A stretch of 64,000 nt of DNA from a phage: the NCBI GenBank assembly GCA_014685065.1, contig GCA_014685065.1_4092.1. One strand, given 5' to 3'. The notes beneath the pieces were generated by a model, which was not told the origin of the DNA, did not search any database, and worked only from the letters and a program-made list of their open reading frames with translations. Each line of letters begins with the position of its first letter. Position 1 is the stretch's first letter. A program made the position numbers and the translations under genes. This document shows, in pieces, positions 50,448 through 59,185 of the stretch.

Positions 50448-50923
50448 ATATCTACCATATTTAATTTACCGTCCTTAATTAGCTTTCTAGCTTGTTTAGT
50501 TCTTTCCTTGACGTTACCTCCAGGAACTACTCCTAAATCGCTTAGAATGGCGTTCTGCTGCGTTGCTGGAAGCCTTTTAAACTTAGCTACGTCAACGGTT
50601 AATGCCGTGTGGTGAATGACCTGCTCATCTTCTGGTATATGATTGTTCCTTTCAAGATAATCTGCCAGATTACGCAATACTTCATGTAATGGCTTATCAG
50701 TTAAATGACTTAGGCATCGTTTATATGAGTTTGCTACTCTCCCTTCCCATCCATTCACTTCGTTTTGAAGAACCTGCCTACAATGTTGATTTCCACCATG
50801 ATAATGGTCCAGTACTGGTTTTGTTATTTCTATACCAATTATAGGGTCAATCCCATTCTGCTTCTTTAATAGTTCATTTCGATAAGATGCTGCTTCTTTA
50901 GGATTTTTTAATCTCTTTTTCAT
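50432..50923 (-). CDS. hypothetical protein, possible HNH/EndoVII-like nuclease
   Basis: 163 aa with LDHYHGGNQHCRQVLQNEVNGWEG (DHxH...N...EG) loosely resembling beta-beta-alpha-Me nucleases; no zinc-binding Cys quartet, so weak. Confidence 0.3.
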   Translation of the reverse strand: MKKRLKNPKEAASYRNELLKKQNGIDPIIGIEITKPVLDHYHGGNQHCRQVLQNEVNGWEGRVANSYKRCLSHLTDKPLHEVLRNLADYLERNNHIPEDEQVIHHTALTVDVAKFKRLPATQQNAILSDLGVVPGGNVKERTKQARKLIKDGKLNMVDIKKGS

Positions 50924-50983
50924 AGCTGTTTGTCCTGTTTTGTTAAATAAAGTATATTAAAAAGTTTTGTGAGGTACAATAGA

Positions 50984-51931
50984 ATGGCTAAAATGACACA
51001 ACAACAATTTATAGATAAATCAATTAATCTACATGGTAGTATTTACACCTACAATAACACCGTGTATGTTAATGCACATCAACCAGTGTCTATTACATGT
51101 AAAATTCATGGTGACTTTACGGTAGTTCCTAATAAACATATTTCCGCAAAGCAAGGTTGTCCGGTTTGTTCTGATATTGCAAAGAAAGAACGTAAATCTA
51201 AAAAGTCACTGGAGTCATTCTTTACTGAAGCAAAAGAAGTACACGGTGATAAGTATGATTACTCTAAAGTGTTTTTCAACATTCGTTCAGAGAAAATTAC
51301 TATCATATGCAAAGAAGAAGGTCATGGTGAATTTAATCAGGTAGTTAGTAATCACCTAGCTGGACAGGGTTGCCCTGAATGCTCCAAAGCACTTATTGGT
51401 TTAAAGAAAAGAACACCAGAAGATGTATTCTTTGAAGATTGTAAGTACATTCATATGGATGCATACGACTACTCCAATACAAAATATAATGGTATGTATG
51501 AAACAATTACACCAGTATGCAAACGTCATGGAGAATTCACAGTACTGGCAACTAAACATTATCATAGAAAGCAAGGTTGTCCGGTTTGTTCTGACATGGA
51601 ACTAAAGTCAAGACCAGTTATTGAAATTCAGAATTTTTTAAAAGAGTATGATATAATATTTGAAATGGAAAAGAAGTTTGATGGTTGTAAAAATATAAAC
51701 CATTTACCATTTGATTTTTATATTCCTTCACTGAATCTTCTAATAGAGTATGATGGTATTCAACACTTCAAACCAATAGAGTACTTTGGTGGTAAACAAG
51801 CTTTAGCTGAACAGCAAAGAAATGATGAAATAAAAAATCAATTCTGTTTTAATAACAACATTACTCTTCTTAGAATAAAGTATTTCGAAGATCATATTAA
51901 AATCATCAAAGACTATATATCAAAACTTTAA
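50984..51931 (+). CDS. free-standing nuclease: three Cys/His repeat units plus C-terminal DUF559/Vsr-like PD-(D/E)XK domain (putative homing endonuclease)
   Basis: Three ~45-aa repeats (YxYS...C..HGxF......H....QGCPxCS) then LPFDFYIPSLNLLIEYDGIQHF...LLRIKYFE. ORF-track start is GTG 50969; ATG 50984 with GAGGT RBS preferred. Confidence 0.55.
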   Translation: MAKMTQQQFIDKSINLHGSIYTYNNTVYVNAHQPVSITCKIHGDFTVVPNKHISAKQGCPVCSDIAKKERKSKKSLESFFTEAKEVHGDKYDYSKVFFNIRSEKITIICKEEGHGEFNQVVSNHLAGQGCPECSKALIGLKKRTPEDVFFEDCKYIHMDAYDYSNTKYNGMYETITPVCKRHGEFTVLATKHYHRKQGCPVCSDMELKSRPVIEIQNFLKEYDIIFEMEKKFDGCKNINHLPFDFYIPSLNLLIEYDGIQHFKPIEYFGGKQALAEQQRNDEIKNQFCFNNNITLLRIKYFEDHIKIIKDYISKL

Positions 51932-51954
51932 AATATGATATAGTTTTTTTAGAA

Positions 51955-51986
51955 CCAAGTAATAAAAATGTTACTTGGGTTTTTTA
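51955..51986 (+). terminator. intrinsic terminator
   Basis: 8-bp stem CCAAGTAA/TTACTTGG with 8-nt loop followed by GTTTTTT. Confidence 0.6.
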
Positions 51987-52038
51987 TATGTGTAAAAGTT
52001 GGAACTAAGTACTTAATGAATATTTTTATAAAAATAGT

Positions 52039-52066
52039 GAGACAACTTTAAAGTTTGTGCTATAAT
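52039..52066 (+). promoter_or_regulatory. sigma70-type early promoter (GAGACA, 16 nt, TGcTATAAT) with no protein gene downstream
   Basis: Same architecture as the promoters at 801, 23342 and 46315. Confidence 0.5.
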
Positions 52067-52072
52067 GTTTGT

Positions 52073-52526
52073 TGTAGTAATGACAATCCTGTTGAATGCA
52101 GAAATGCATATAAATTAGAACCTGATCCTATCGAAAATGTAGATGGCAGATGAGCAGTTCAACAGTGCGATGAGCAAAAGAAACCCGTTAGATGTGGGCA
52201 TAGTTTGAACCCCTCACGGCAATGCGGCTCAATAAAGAACTCCGATAAGCATACAGAGAGTTCCTCGATAGACATATAAGGATCGCACCTTACCAGATTT
52301 GCTAAGGGAGTTTATTAAGTGATTTTAATAAACAGCCTGAAGTTTGATTGTATAGACTTTCAGGTGAGTGTCAGGATGATTAAGACTGACGACCGTTGCA
52401 CATGACTGCGATAGAGAGAAACAGAGCAACCCGCTTTCGTTCTTAATATATTTTTAAGAAATTCGCAATACAATAAATGCTGAAACCATCAGCGTCAAGA
52501 AATAGAGACTTCATTGTCTCTTTTTT
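52073..52526 (+). ncRNA. candidate structured noncoding RNA (~450 nt), identity unknown
   Basis: Bounded by the promoter above and an intrinsic terminator (stem 52504-52521 plus T-run); no ORF of 60 aa or more; GC-rich hairpins. Confidence 0.3.
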
Positions 52527-52740
52527 ATTGTCTTCATTCCCCTGCGGGGGGATGAAAATGTCCTCAACAAATCCCGTCAAGTATTAAATCTTTTAAAGTT
52601 CTTTATAATTAATTTAATTAAATGAATATGAGTTACGTAGTAACGAATATTCTTCAGCTAACGAATGAAATGAGTTAGATGAATCCAATAATATTAAAAT
52701 TAATCCTTTCATAATTCAATTCAAATAATTCTGTAGTTTA

Positions 52741-52771
52741 AAACCAAAAAAAACCAGCAACAATGTGCTGG
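52741..52771 (-). terminator. intrinsic terminator (minus strand)
   Basis: CCAGCA-6 nt-TGCTGG hairpin; minus strand reads hairpin then TTTTTTTTGG. Confidence 0.6.
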
Positions 52772-52782
52772 CTATATGAAAA

Positions 52783-52992
52783 TTAGTGCTTCTCGTTTTG
52801 TTTTTTAATTTTTTTATTAAAAGACTTAACTAATAAGTCTCTATCTATTAATGGCATATTAAGGAGTGTTCCATAGTCAATGTTATCCATATATACAGAA
52901 CATTCCATTAGTGCATTTTTGATTTCTGACTTATTCAGTTCTATCTCCTTCAGTACTTCTTGTATTTCTTCAGGAGATGACTGGAGAAGCAT
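52783..52992 (-). CDS. hypothetical small protein
   Basis: 69-aa ORF, start overlaps the stop of the upstream gene by 1 nt. Confidence 0.4.
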   Translation of the reverse strand: MLLQSSPEEIQEVLKEIELNKSEIKNALMECSVYMDNIDYGTLLNMPLIDRDLLVKSFNKKIKKQNEKH

Positions 52993-53828
52993 TACTCGAA
53001 AAAATGACTAGGATCATATTTTAGTCCATCAATTTCCCATTGATGATTACATCCATCACATTCTACTTCCATACTATGTGATACTCCAATTTCAAGTACT
53101 TCATCCATTTTTTCACGAATTAGTTTAAGTACTCCCTTCGATTGTTGTCCAAGCCATTCATTAATAAATTCTTTTTCAACTACTTCATCACCATCTGGTG
53201 TTATAATTTTTGCAATAACTCCACCGATCATGTCGAAGTTAAGTTGAGCCATGTTTTCAAATACTTCAGAAAATATTTTTACTTTTTCATCTTTATCAAT
53301 ATCAGCAGTTTCAAGAAACTTAGTCTTCTGTTGCTCACTGAACATGCGTTCAGCAAACGATGAATATTCTTTCCATGTCAGTGGTCTAAATTCTAAACGG
53401 AGTCCATTATCTAAATCAATTGATGGGATTTCTTCAAATGCTTGTGCAGTTTCAAGAAGATATGATAGATTACGCTCAAATCGACCTTCTTTTTCACATT
53501 CAGGACATACAACGTTAATATCATATGTTTCTTCTTTAGAAGCAACTTTAATAGCAATAAGAAGCATTTCAACGTCATTTACATACAACTCATCAGCGTC
53601 AATTACATTAGGAACACAGTTTTCAATAACACGGGATACTGCATCTCCGTTTAGTAACATATCGGGGGTATTAAGTGTCATTTCATCACGTGCACTACGT
53701 GCACAAACTCCACATTTGACACCTTTTGGACCTAGGACTCCTTCTTTATAAGGAATAACGCCGTTTGTAACTAACTTAGTACTGATCTCTTCAATTTTAG
53801 TGTACTTAGCAAGTGGATTCATAGCCAT
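52992..53828 (-). CDS. hypothetical Cys-rich protein (possible zinc-binding virion/assembly protein)
   Basis: 278 aa with CGVC, CPEC and CDGC pairs; preceded by GGAG RBS and a TATAAATA late-type motif. Confidence 0.45.
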   Translation of the reverse strand: MAMNPLAKYTKIEEISTKLVTNGVIPYKEGVLGPKGVKCGVCARSARDEMTLNTPDMLLNGDAVSRVIENCVPNVIDADELYVNDVEMLLIAIKVASKEETYDINVVCPECEKEGRFERNLSYLLETAQAFEEIPSIDLDNGLRLEFRPLTWKEYSSFAERMFSEQQKTKFLETADIDKDEKVKIFSEVFENMAQLNFDMIGGVIAKIITPDGDEVVEKEFINEWLGQQSKGVLKLIREKMDEVLEIGVSHSMEVECDGCNHQWEIDGLKYDPSHFFE

Positions 53829-53862
53829 TTTATTAAATCTCCATGTAATAAATGTGTTTTAG

Positions 53863-53870
53863 TATTTATA
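53863..53870 (-). promoter_or_regulatory. T4-like late promoter motif TATAAATA (minus strand)
   Basis: Exact TATAAATA on the minus strand about 35 nt upstream of the 53828 start codon. Confidence 0.45.
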
Positions 53871-53958
53871 AGACCAAAAAAGATTAAATTAAACTAATTT
53901 TTATATTCTCTATAGTTTCATAAATATTTCTATAATACATCTATTAAAAGGGAATGTT

Positions 53959-56163
53959 ATGGCTGGAAATACAAGTGATTACCTACTCCAGCAGTTGGTT
54001 AATCAAACTAAAGATAACAACGATAGTTTGAGTGCTATACGTGAGTTATTGGCTGAAAATATAAAAAATGATAGAAAGAAATCCGGTTCTAAAAGTGGAA
54101 AACGTAATGGAAGTAATTCATCAAGTACTGGAAACCGTGGCTCTCGAACAAATAACAAAGCTGATGATGGTAAAGAATTTGGAAAAATATTTAAATCATT
54201 ATCATCTGAAGTATCGAATGTCGGCAAAACTATGATGAGTACGTCTGCAAACGTTAGCAATGTTGTAAACTCACTAGGAATGAGTGCATCTTCATTTGCT
54301 GGTTCATTAGCAATGATCCCAGGTCCAGTTGGTGCAGCAGCATCTGCCTTCAAATTGGTTGCTGACGCTGGTTTAGCAGTTTATAATGTGTTAAATGCAC
54401 AGCTTGAAGTTTATAATAGAATAAACAGTGCTGGTGTCGCTCTATCTGAAGGTTACGGCTCCATATTAAAAGGTGCTGGTGCATCAATGATGAGTATTGA
54501 TGCATTTGGTGAAGCATTACAAACTCATAGTGCCGTTGTTGCACAATTAGATGGTGCATATGGTGATGGTGTTTCTACATTTGGTAAATTATTGGGTACT
54601 GTGCAACAAGCACAAAATCAATTAGGTTTATATGGTGTTTCTCAAAAAACATTAACTGATTTAACTGCACGTAATATTAAATTCCAAAAGCAATTTGGTG
54701 GAAGAGAAATGTTACGTAGTATGGATCAAGCAAAAAGTACTGAACAGTTTATCATGAGCATGACTAAGTTCAGTAAAAGCATGGGTGAGTCAGTTGATGC
54801 ACTATTAAATAAAACACAAAACTTAGATAAATCATTAGACACACGTTCAATGCAAATCGCATTACAAAACTATTCTGGATTATCTAGTAAAGCAGCAGTT
54901 GCAACATCAAAAGCATTTAACGAAGCGGCTGCCAGTATGGGTGATGCTGGTGCAGATTTTCTACGTTTAATTTCACATCGTTTAACTATTGGTGGAGTAC
55001 CAGATGATTTATTGACTCCAGTACTGAACCAATTTGCTGATTTAGGTGAGAACTTGGTACGTAGTGGTGTTACTGATTCACAAGAAATTCGCCGTCAACA
55101 ATTGGAATTTGTTAAAAAGAACAAAGAACTAATAAAGCAAGATTTATTAAATCAGATACAATTAGGAAACACTACGGCAGCAACCTTCAACCAACAACTA
55201 CTTGATATGGAAGCTGCGATTAATGATCCTAAGAGTCAACCAGCAGATAAACTAACACAATTCACTGATAGATTCAATAGATGGATTAGTAAAGAATTTA
55301 CTGAACCATTTAATAAAATGTATGCAGATACACAAAATTCTATTGCGGATTACCTTACTGATATTGCAGACCGTACTGATGGTGCATGGGAATTTATCGG
55401 AGAGTTAGCACTTGATGGTTTTGGTTTGGTTCCTATTGCGAAAGATGCAGTTGCGTATTTGGATAGGATTGGTGGTGAGTTTGAGCAGTGGTTAGAAGGG
55501 TTAGGTACTGAAATTTTTGGTAGTGGATATAATAAAGTTTCAGAAGCATTTGATAGCTTTATGAATAACCTAATGGATCTTCCTGGTAAACTTTGGGATT
55601 CTGTTAAAGGTTGGTTTGGTGGTTCAGACGACAAAGTAAAAGTAGAAAACAATTCTGTTACCGATGGTGCAGAAAAAGTTAATAATTATTTTGAAGAAAA
55701 AATGAATTCATTTGGTGATTATATTTCTAGTTCATTTGATGGTTTTTTAAAATGGAATTCAAGTAGAAACTTTAAACAACCAAAACCCCTTGATGAATCA
55801 GTTGCTGAAAAACTTATTAGTAGTGGTCTTGAAAATAAGCCAAGAGCTACTGCGAGAATTGAAAAATCTGAACATGTTGCACCATATGTAACGATAACTC
55901 CAAAAACATTTGACAAATCAGCATGGGGACCAAATGATCTACCAATTCAAGCTGAACCGGACGATTATGAGTCCATGAAAGCGATGATAAATAGTGGTAG
56001 TAGTATGGCAAATGCTAATAATAATGCCACAATATCAGAAGACATGAAAGAGTTACTTAAAAAACTTGCTGATGTTAATGAGCAATCTCTATCTGCTGTG
56101 CAACAGACAAATAACTATCTAAGAACTATCTCTGAAAACACTCAAGGTGAGAGAAACAGTTAA
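53959..56163 (+). CDS. hypothetical virion protein
   Basis: 734 aa; basic S/G/N-rich low-complexity N-terminus, hydrophobic Gly/Ala-rich segment; immediately upstream of the portal gene. Confidence 0.45.
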   Translation: MAGNTSDYLLQQLVNQTKDNNDSLSAIRELLAENIKNDRKKSGSKSGKRNGSNSSSTGNRGSRTNNKADDGKEFGKIFKSLSSEVSNVGKTMMSTSANVSNVVNSLGMSASSFAGSLAMIPGPVGAAASAFKLVADAGLAVYNVLNAQLEVYNRINSAGVALSEGYGSILKGAGASMMSIDAFGEALQTHSAVVAQLDGAYGDGVSTFGKLLGTVQQAQNQLGLYGVSQKTLTDLTARNIKFQKQFGGREMLRSMDQAKSTEQFIMSMTKFSKSMGESVDALLNKTQNLDKSLDTRSMQIALQNYSGLSSKAAVATSKAFNEAAASMGDAGADFLRLISHRLTIGGVPDDLLTPVLNQFADLGENLVRSGVTDSQEIRRQQLEFVKKNKELIKQDLLNQIQLGNTTAATFNQQLLDMEAAINDPKSQPADKLTQFTDRFNRWISKEFTEPFNKMYADTQNSIADYLTDIADRTDGAWEFIGELALDGFGLVPIAKDAVAYLDRIGGEFEQWLEGLGTEIFGSGYNKVSEAFDSFMNNLMDLPGKLWDSVKGWFGGSDDKVKVENNSVTDGAEKVNNYFEEKMNSFGDYISSSFDGFLKWNSSRNFKQPKPLDESVAEKLISSGLENKPRATARIEKSEHVAPYVTITPKTFDKSAWGPNDLPIQAEPDDYESMKAMINSGSSMANANNNATISEDMKELLKKLADVNEQSLSAVQQTNNYLRTISENTQGERNS

Positions 56164-56174
56164 GGACGAAAATA

Positions 56175-57914
56175 ATGAGTTGGAAACGACATATGACAGT
56201 GGGAAGGTCTAAACTATCGACCATCCCAAATCAGTCCAGTAATAGCAATAAATCAACAGGAACGAAAACAAATTTCGCTTCCTATCTTCCTGTTGTATAT
56301 AATGGATTGGCAAATCGTACTGAGCGTTATAGTCAGTATGAGCAAATGGACCAAGATCCTGAAATTAGAACTGCATTGAATATAATTGCTGACTTTTGTA
56401 CTCAAAGTACTGAAGATTTTGGTTTACCATATAAAATCAAATATAAAGATGATATTGGTGATACTGAAGTAACGACTATTGAAGATCGTTTAGATGCATG
56501 GACTGAACAAAATGATTTTAAAACACGAATGTATGAAATTGTGCGTGGTCTTCTGAAATATGGTGATCAATTTTTCATTCGAGATCCAGAAACATTCGAT
56601 TGGTATTGGGTAAGTCCCAAAAATGTTGAGCAAGTATTTGTTAACGAAGCCACTGGTAAAACACCAGTAATTTATTATATACGTGACGTATCATTAAATT
56701 TGAAAGATAAAGTTTTTAGTAACCTTCAAGTAGGATTTGATAAAACCGCTTATCCAGGAGCTATTCCAACAACAATGGGTGGTGGTGGTTCAGTAGCTGC
56801 TGGTGGTGCATCTGGTTTTACAAGTCAAGGAAATACGGCTGACCCATTCAGTACTAATGGACAATTAGACGTTATTCCTGTTGGTGCAGAACACGTAATT
56901 CATCTAACACTAAATACAGGACAAGATGGGGTATGGCCTTTTGGTACTAGTATACTTGAGGACGTATTTAAAGTCTATAAGCAAAAAGAACTTCTGGAAG
57001 ATAGTATCATAATTTATCGTGTACAACGTGCACCTGAGCGTCGTGTATTTAAAATTGATGTTGGTGATATGCAAGCACACCAAGCGATGGCTTATGTTGA
57101 AAGATTTAAAAATGAAATCCACCAGCGTAGAATACCTTCAAACAAAGGTGGAAGTACTTCACTAATGGATGCAGCGTATAATCCATTAAGCATTTTAGAA
57201 GACTACTTTTTCCCACAAACTTCTGAAGGTCGTGGTTCAGATGTTCAAACATTACCAGGCGGTGATAACTTAGGACAAATTGATGACTTACGTTATTTCA
57301 ATAATAAATTGATTCGTGGTCTTCAAATACCAGCTTCATATCTACCACAAGGTCCAGATGATGGTGGTGTTTCATTATTTGGTGATGGTGCTACACAAGC
57401 TATGGCAAGTGAATTGCGATTCAATAATCAATGTATGCGTTATCAACGTTTAGTTGCAAAACATTTTGATGCTGAATTCAAAAGATTTATGGTTAAAAAT
57501 GGATATAACATTAGTACTTCATCTTTTGAAGTTATTATGAATCCACCTATTAACTTAGCTTCTTATCGTAAAGCTGAACTAGATGCTAAACTAATTAATA
57601 CATATCTTCCTCTTAATGACTTGCCTTATATGGCGAAACAAACAATTCTTGAAAAAATGGGCTTTTCTAAAGCTGATATTGTTAAGAATGAACAAATGTG
57701 GTTACAAGAGAATCCACAAGATGGTTCCCAACCTTCTGGTGGTGAAGAAGATTCCGCAGGATTGCAGTCTGTTGGTATTGATGCTCCAAATGATCCTGGA
57801 ATGGATCTTGGTATTGATGGAGAAGGTAATTTGGAAAGTGCTGATGCCGAATACCAAGAGCAACAGAGTGGAAGTGGTGGTTTCGACCCTAATAATTTAG
57901 GCAATTCTTTTTAA
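56175..57914 (+). CDS. portal protein (T4 gp20-like)
   Basis: LEDSIIIYRVQRAPERRVFKIDVGDM...TLPGGDNLGQIDDLRYF collinear with the T4 gp20 core (recalled from memory). Confidence 0.8.
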   Translation: MSWKRHMTVGRSKLSTIPNQSSNSNKSTGTKTNFASYLPVVYNGLANRTERYSQYEQMDQDPEIRTALNIIADFCTQSTEDFGLPYKIKYKDDIGDTEVTTIEDRLDAWTEQNDFKTRMYEIVRGLLKYGDQFFIRDPETFDWYWVSPKNVEQVFVNEATGKTPVIYYIRDVSLNLKDKVFSNLQVGFDKTAYPGAIPTTMGGGGSVAAGGASGFTSQGNTADPFSTNGQLDVIPVGAEHVIHLTLNTGQDGVWPFGTSILEDVFKVYKQKELLEDSIIIYRVQRAPERRVFKIDVGDMQAHQAMAYVERFKNEIHQRRIPSNKGGSTSLMDAAYNPLSILEDYFFPQTSEGRGSDVQTLPGGDNLGQIDDLRYFNNKLIRGLQIPASYLPQGPDDGGVSLFGDGATQAMASELRFNNQCMRYQRLVAKHFDAEFKRFMVKNGYNISTSSFEVIMNPPINLASYRKAELDAKLINTYLPLNDLPYMAKQTILEKMGFSKADIVKNEQMWLQENPQDGSQPSGGEEDSAGLQSVGIDAPNDPGMDLGIDGEGNLESADAEYQEQQSGSGGFDPNNLGNSF

Positions 57915-57927
57915 ACATAAATAACAG

Positions 57928-57952
57928 TGTATAAGAATGAGGGTTTATTTTT
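57928..57952 (+). terminator. putative intrinsic terminator
   Basis: TGAGGGT-8 nt-ACCCTCA hairpin followed by TTTATAAT (short T-run). Confidence 0.4.
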
Positions 57953-57987
57953 ACCCTCATTTATAATGCATATTTCAAGGAGATCAA

Positions 57988-58215
57988 ATGTTAAAGGACA
58001 TCTTTGAATCTAGCAGTGATTCAATGTACGACCCTGAAGATGATCAGAACGTATATAAAATTACTGATTCCAGAAAACCGAAACTAACATTACAAGTATT
58101 AAACAACTTAAGAAAGTACCGTGAATTTAAAGCACATGAAGAACAACGCCGCAAAAATGTGGTTGCAGTTGTTTATGCCGCTGCACCAACAGGTGACGGT
58201 TCTGGGTTAATGTAA
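57988..58215 (+). CDS. hypothetical small protein (possibly prohead core component by position)
   Basis: 75-aa ORF with AGGAG RBS, between the portal and head-core genes. Confidence 0.4.
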   Translation: MLKDIFESSSDSMYDPEDDQNVYKITDSRKPKLTLQVLNNLRKYREFKAHEEQRRKNVVAVVYAAAPTGDGSGLM

Positions 58216-58267
58216 ATCGAAAATCGCACTTTTTAAAGCTTTTAAAAAAGGCGATTTTATTCAGTAC

Positions 58268-58283
58268 TAAATAATATCATACT
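58268..58283 (+). promoter_or_regulatory. late-type promoter/leader element, variant of TATAAATA
   Basis: 16-mer TAAATAATATCATACT identical to 61032-61047; also shared downstream ACGAAT and GGAGxATATAATG start context. Confidence 0.4.
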
Positions 58284-58316
58284 TTATACGAATGTAATAT
58301 ATCTATGGAGGATATA

Positions 58317-59165
58317 ATGGCGAATTTAAAACTACTACAAGAAGCAATTGCGGCGTTTGCAAATGGCGAACAAGATATTGCTGATAAAAAAATGCGTAAG
58401 TATTTCGTTGAGCAAGCTCAAGAAATTAACAAACAACTAGAAGAAAGCATGGAAGATGAAGACGACGATGAAGATTGTGAAGTCGAAGTTAAAGTCAAAG
58501 ATGAAGAAAAGCTTGACGAAGATTTTGATGTACAACCAGACGAAGGTCTAAATGCTGAAATCGAATACACCCTTGGTGAAGAAGATGAAAGTGCAGAAGA
58601 AGAAGTTGAATTCTCTGCTGATGCAGATGGTGACGGTGAAGACGATGTTGACGTTGAAGTGAAAGCTGATGCTGATGTTCCTTCCGAAGACCAATGGGAA
58701 TCAATCCAAGATGCTTTCCGTGGCCTACAACAAATGTTTGATGAAATCGGTGACGGTGAAGTTGATCTAGATTCTGAAGAAGAAGTAGAAGATAGCGAAG
58801 AAGAAGTTGGTGTTGACGGTGACGACGAATTTGCTGATGTTGAATTCGGCGATGAAAAATTCGGTGAATCCTTCAAACTAGAAAAAGTTGCTCCAGTTGA
58901 TAAGAAAGAAAAAGCTGGCACTCATTCCAAATCTCCAGTAGCACCAGAAGCTAAATCTCCAGTAGCAGGAGCAGAGCCAGTTAAATTCGCTAAGAAAACT
59001 GACCAAGCACCACTACTAGACCTAGATGATAAATCTGTTCTACCAAAAGATAGCCTAGATCTTGGTAAAAATGCTCGCGGTGAAATGAAAGATGTTAAAG
59101 CACCAAAAACTACTGCATCTAATTCTAAATCACCACTAAGCAAAGCACAACCTAAACTAAAATAA
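58317..59165 (+). CDS. highly acidic protein, probable prohead core/scaffolding-type protein
   Basis: Long D/E-rich tracts (EDEDDDEDCEVEVKVKDEE, DGDGEDDVDVEVKADADV); position between portal and prohead protease. ORF-track start 58305; ATG 58317 with GGAGG RBS preferred. Confidence 0.45.
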   Translation: MANLKLLQEAIAAFANGEQDIADKKMRKYFVEQAQEINKQLEESMEDEDDDEDCEVEVKVKDEEKLDEDFDVQPDEGLNAEIEYTLGEEDESAEEEVEFSADADGDGEDDVDVEVKADADVPSEDQWESIQDAFRGLQQMFDEIGDGEVDLDSEEEVEDSEEEVGVDGDDEFADVEFGDEKFGESFKLEKVAPVDKKEKAGTHSKSPVAPEAKSPVAGAEPVKFAKKTDQAPLLDLDDKSVLPKDSLDLGKNARGEMKDVKAPKTTASNSKSPLSKAQPKLK

Positions 59166-59185
59166 ATATCTGAAAGGAGATCATT

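Noticed and set aside
52319-52420. Possible 33-codon small ORF (GTG start, AAGGGAG upstream) inside the ORF-free locus
   Set aside because: Non-ATG start and no sign of conservation; kept only as an alternative to the ncRNA hypothesis.
51990-52780. tRNA, tmRNA or CRISPR array in the ORF-free locus
   Set aside because: No GTTCRANYC-type T-loop with a matching acceptor stem, no tag-like reading frame ending in a typical tmRNA tag, and no regularly spaced direct repeats; an uncharacterised ncRNA remains the better reading.
53142-53751. Plus-strand ORFs inside the 52992-53828 minus-strand gene
   Set aside because: Low-complexity translations, no RBS, fully overlapped by a gene with good start context and a late promoter motif.
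58418-59143. Minus-strand S/T-rich ORFs antisense to the acidic head protein gene
   Set aside because: Reverse-complement artefact of GAA/GAT-rich codons; no start context, embedded in a well-supported gene.
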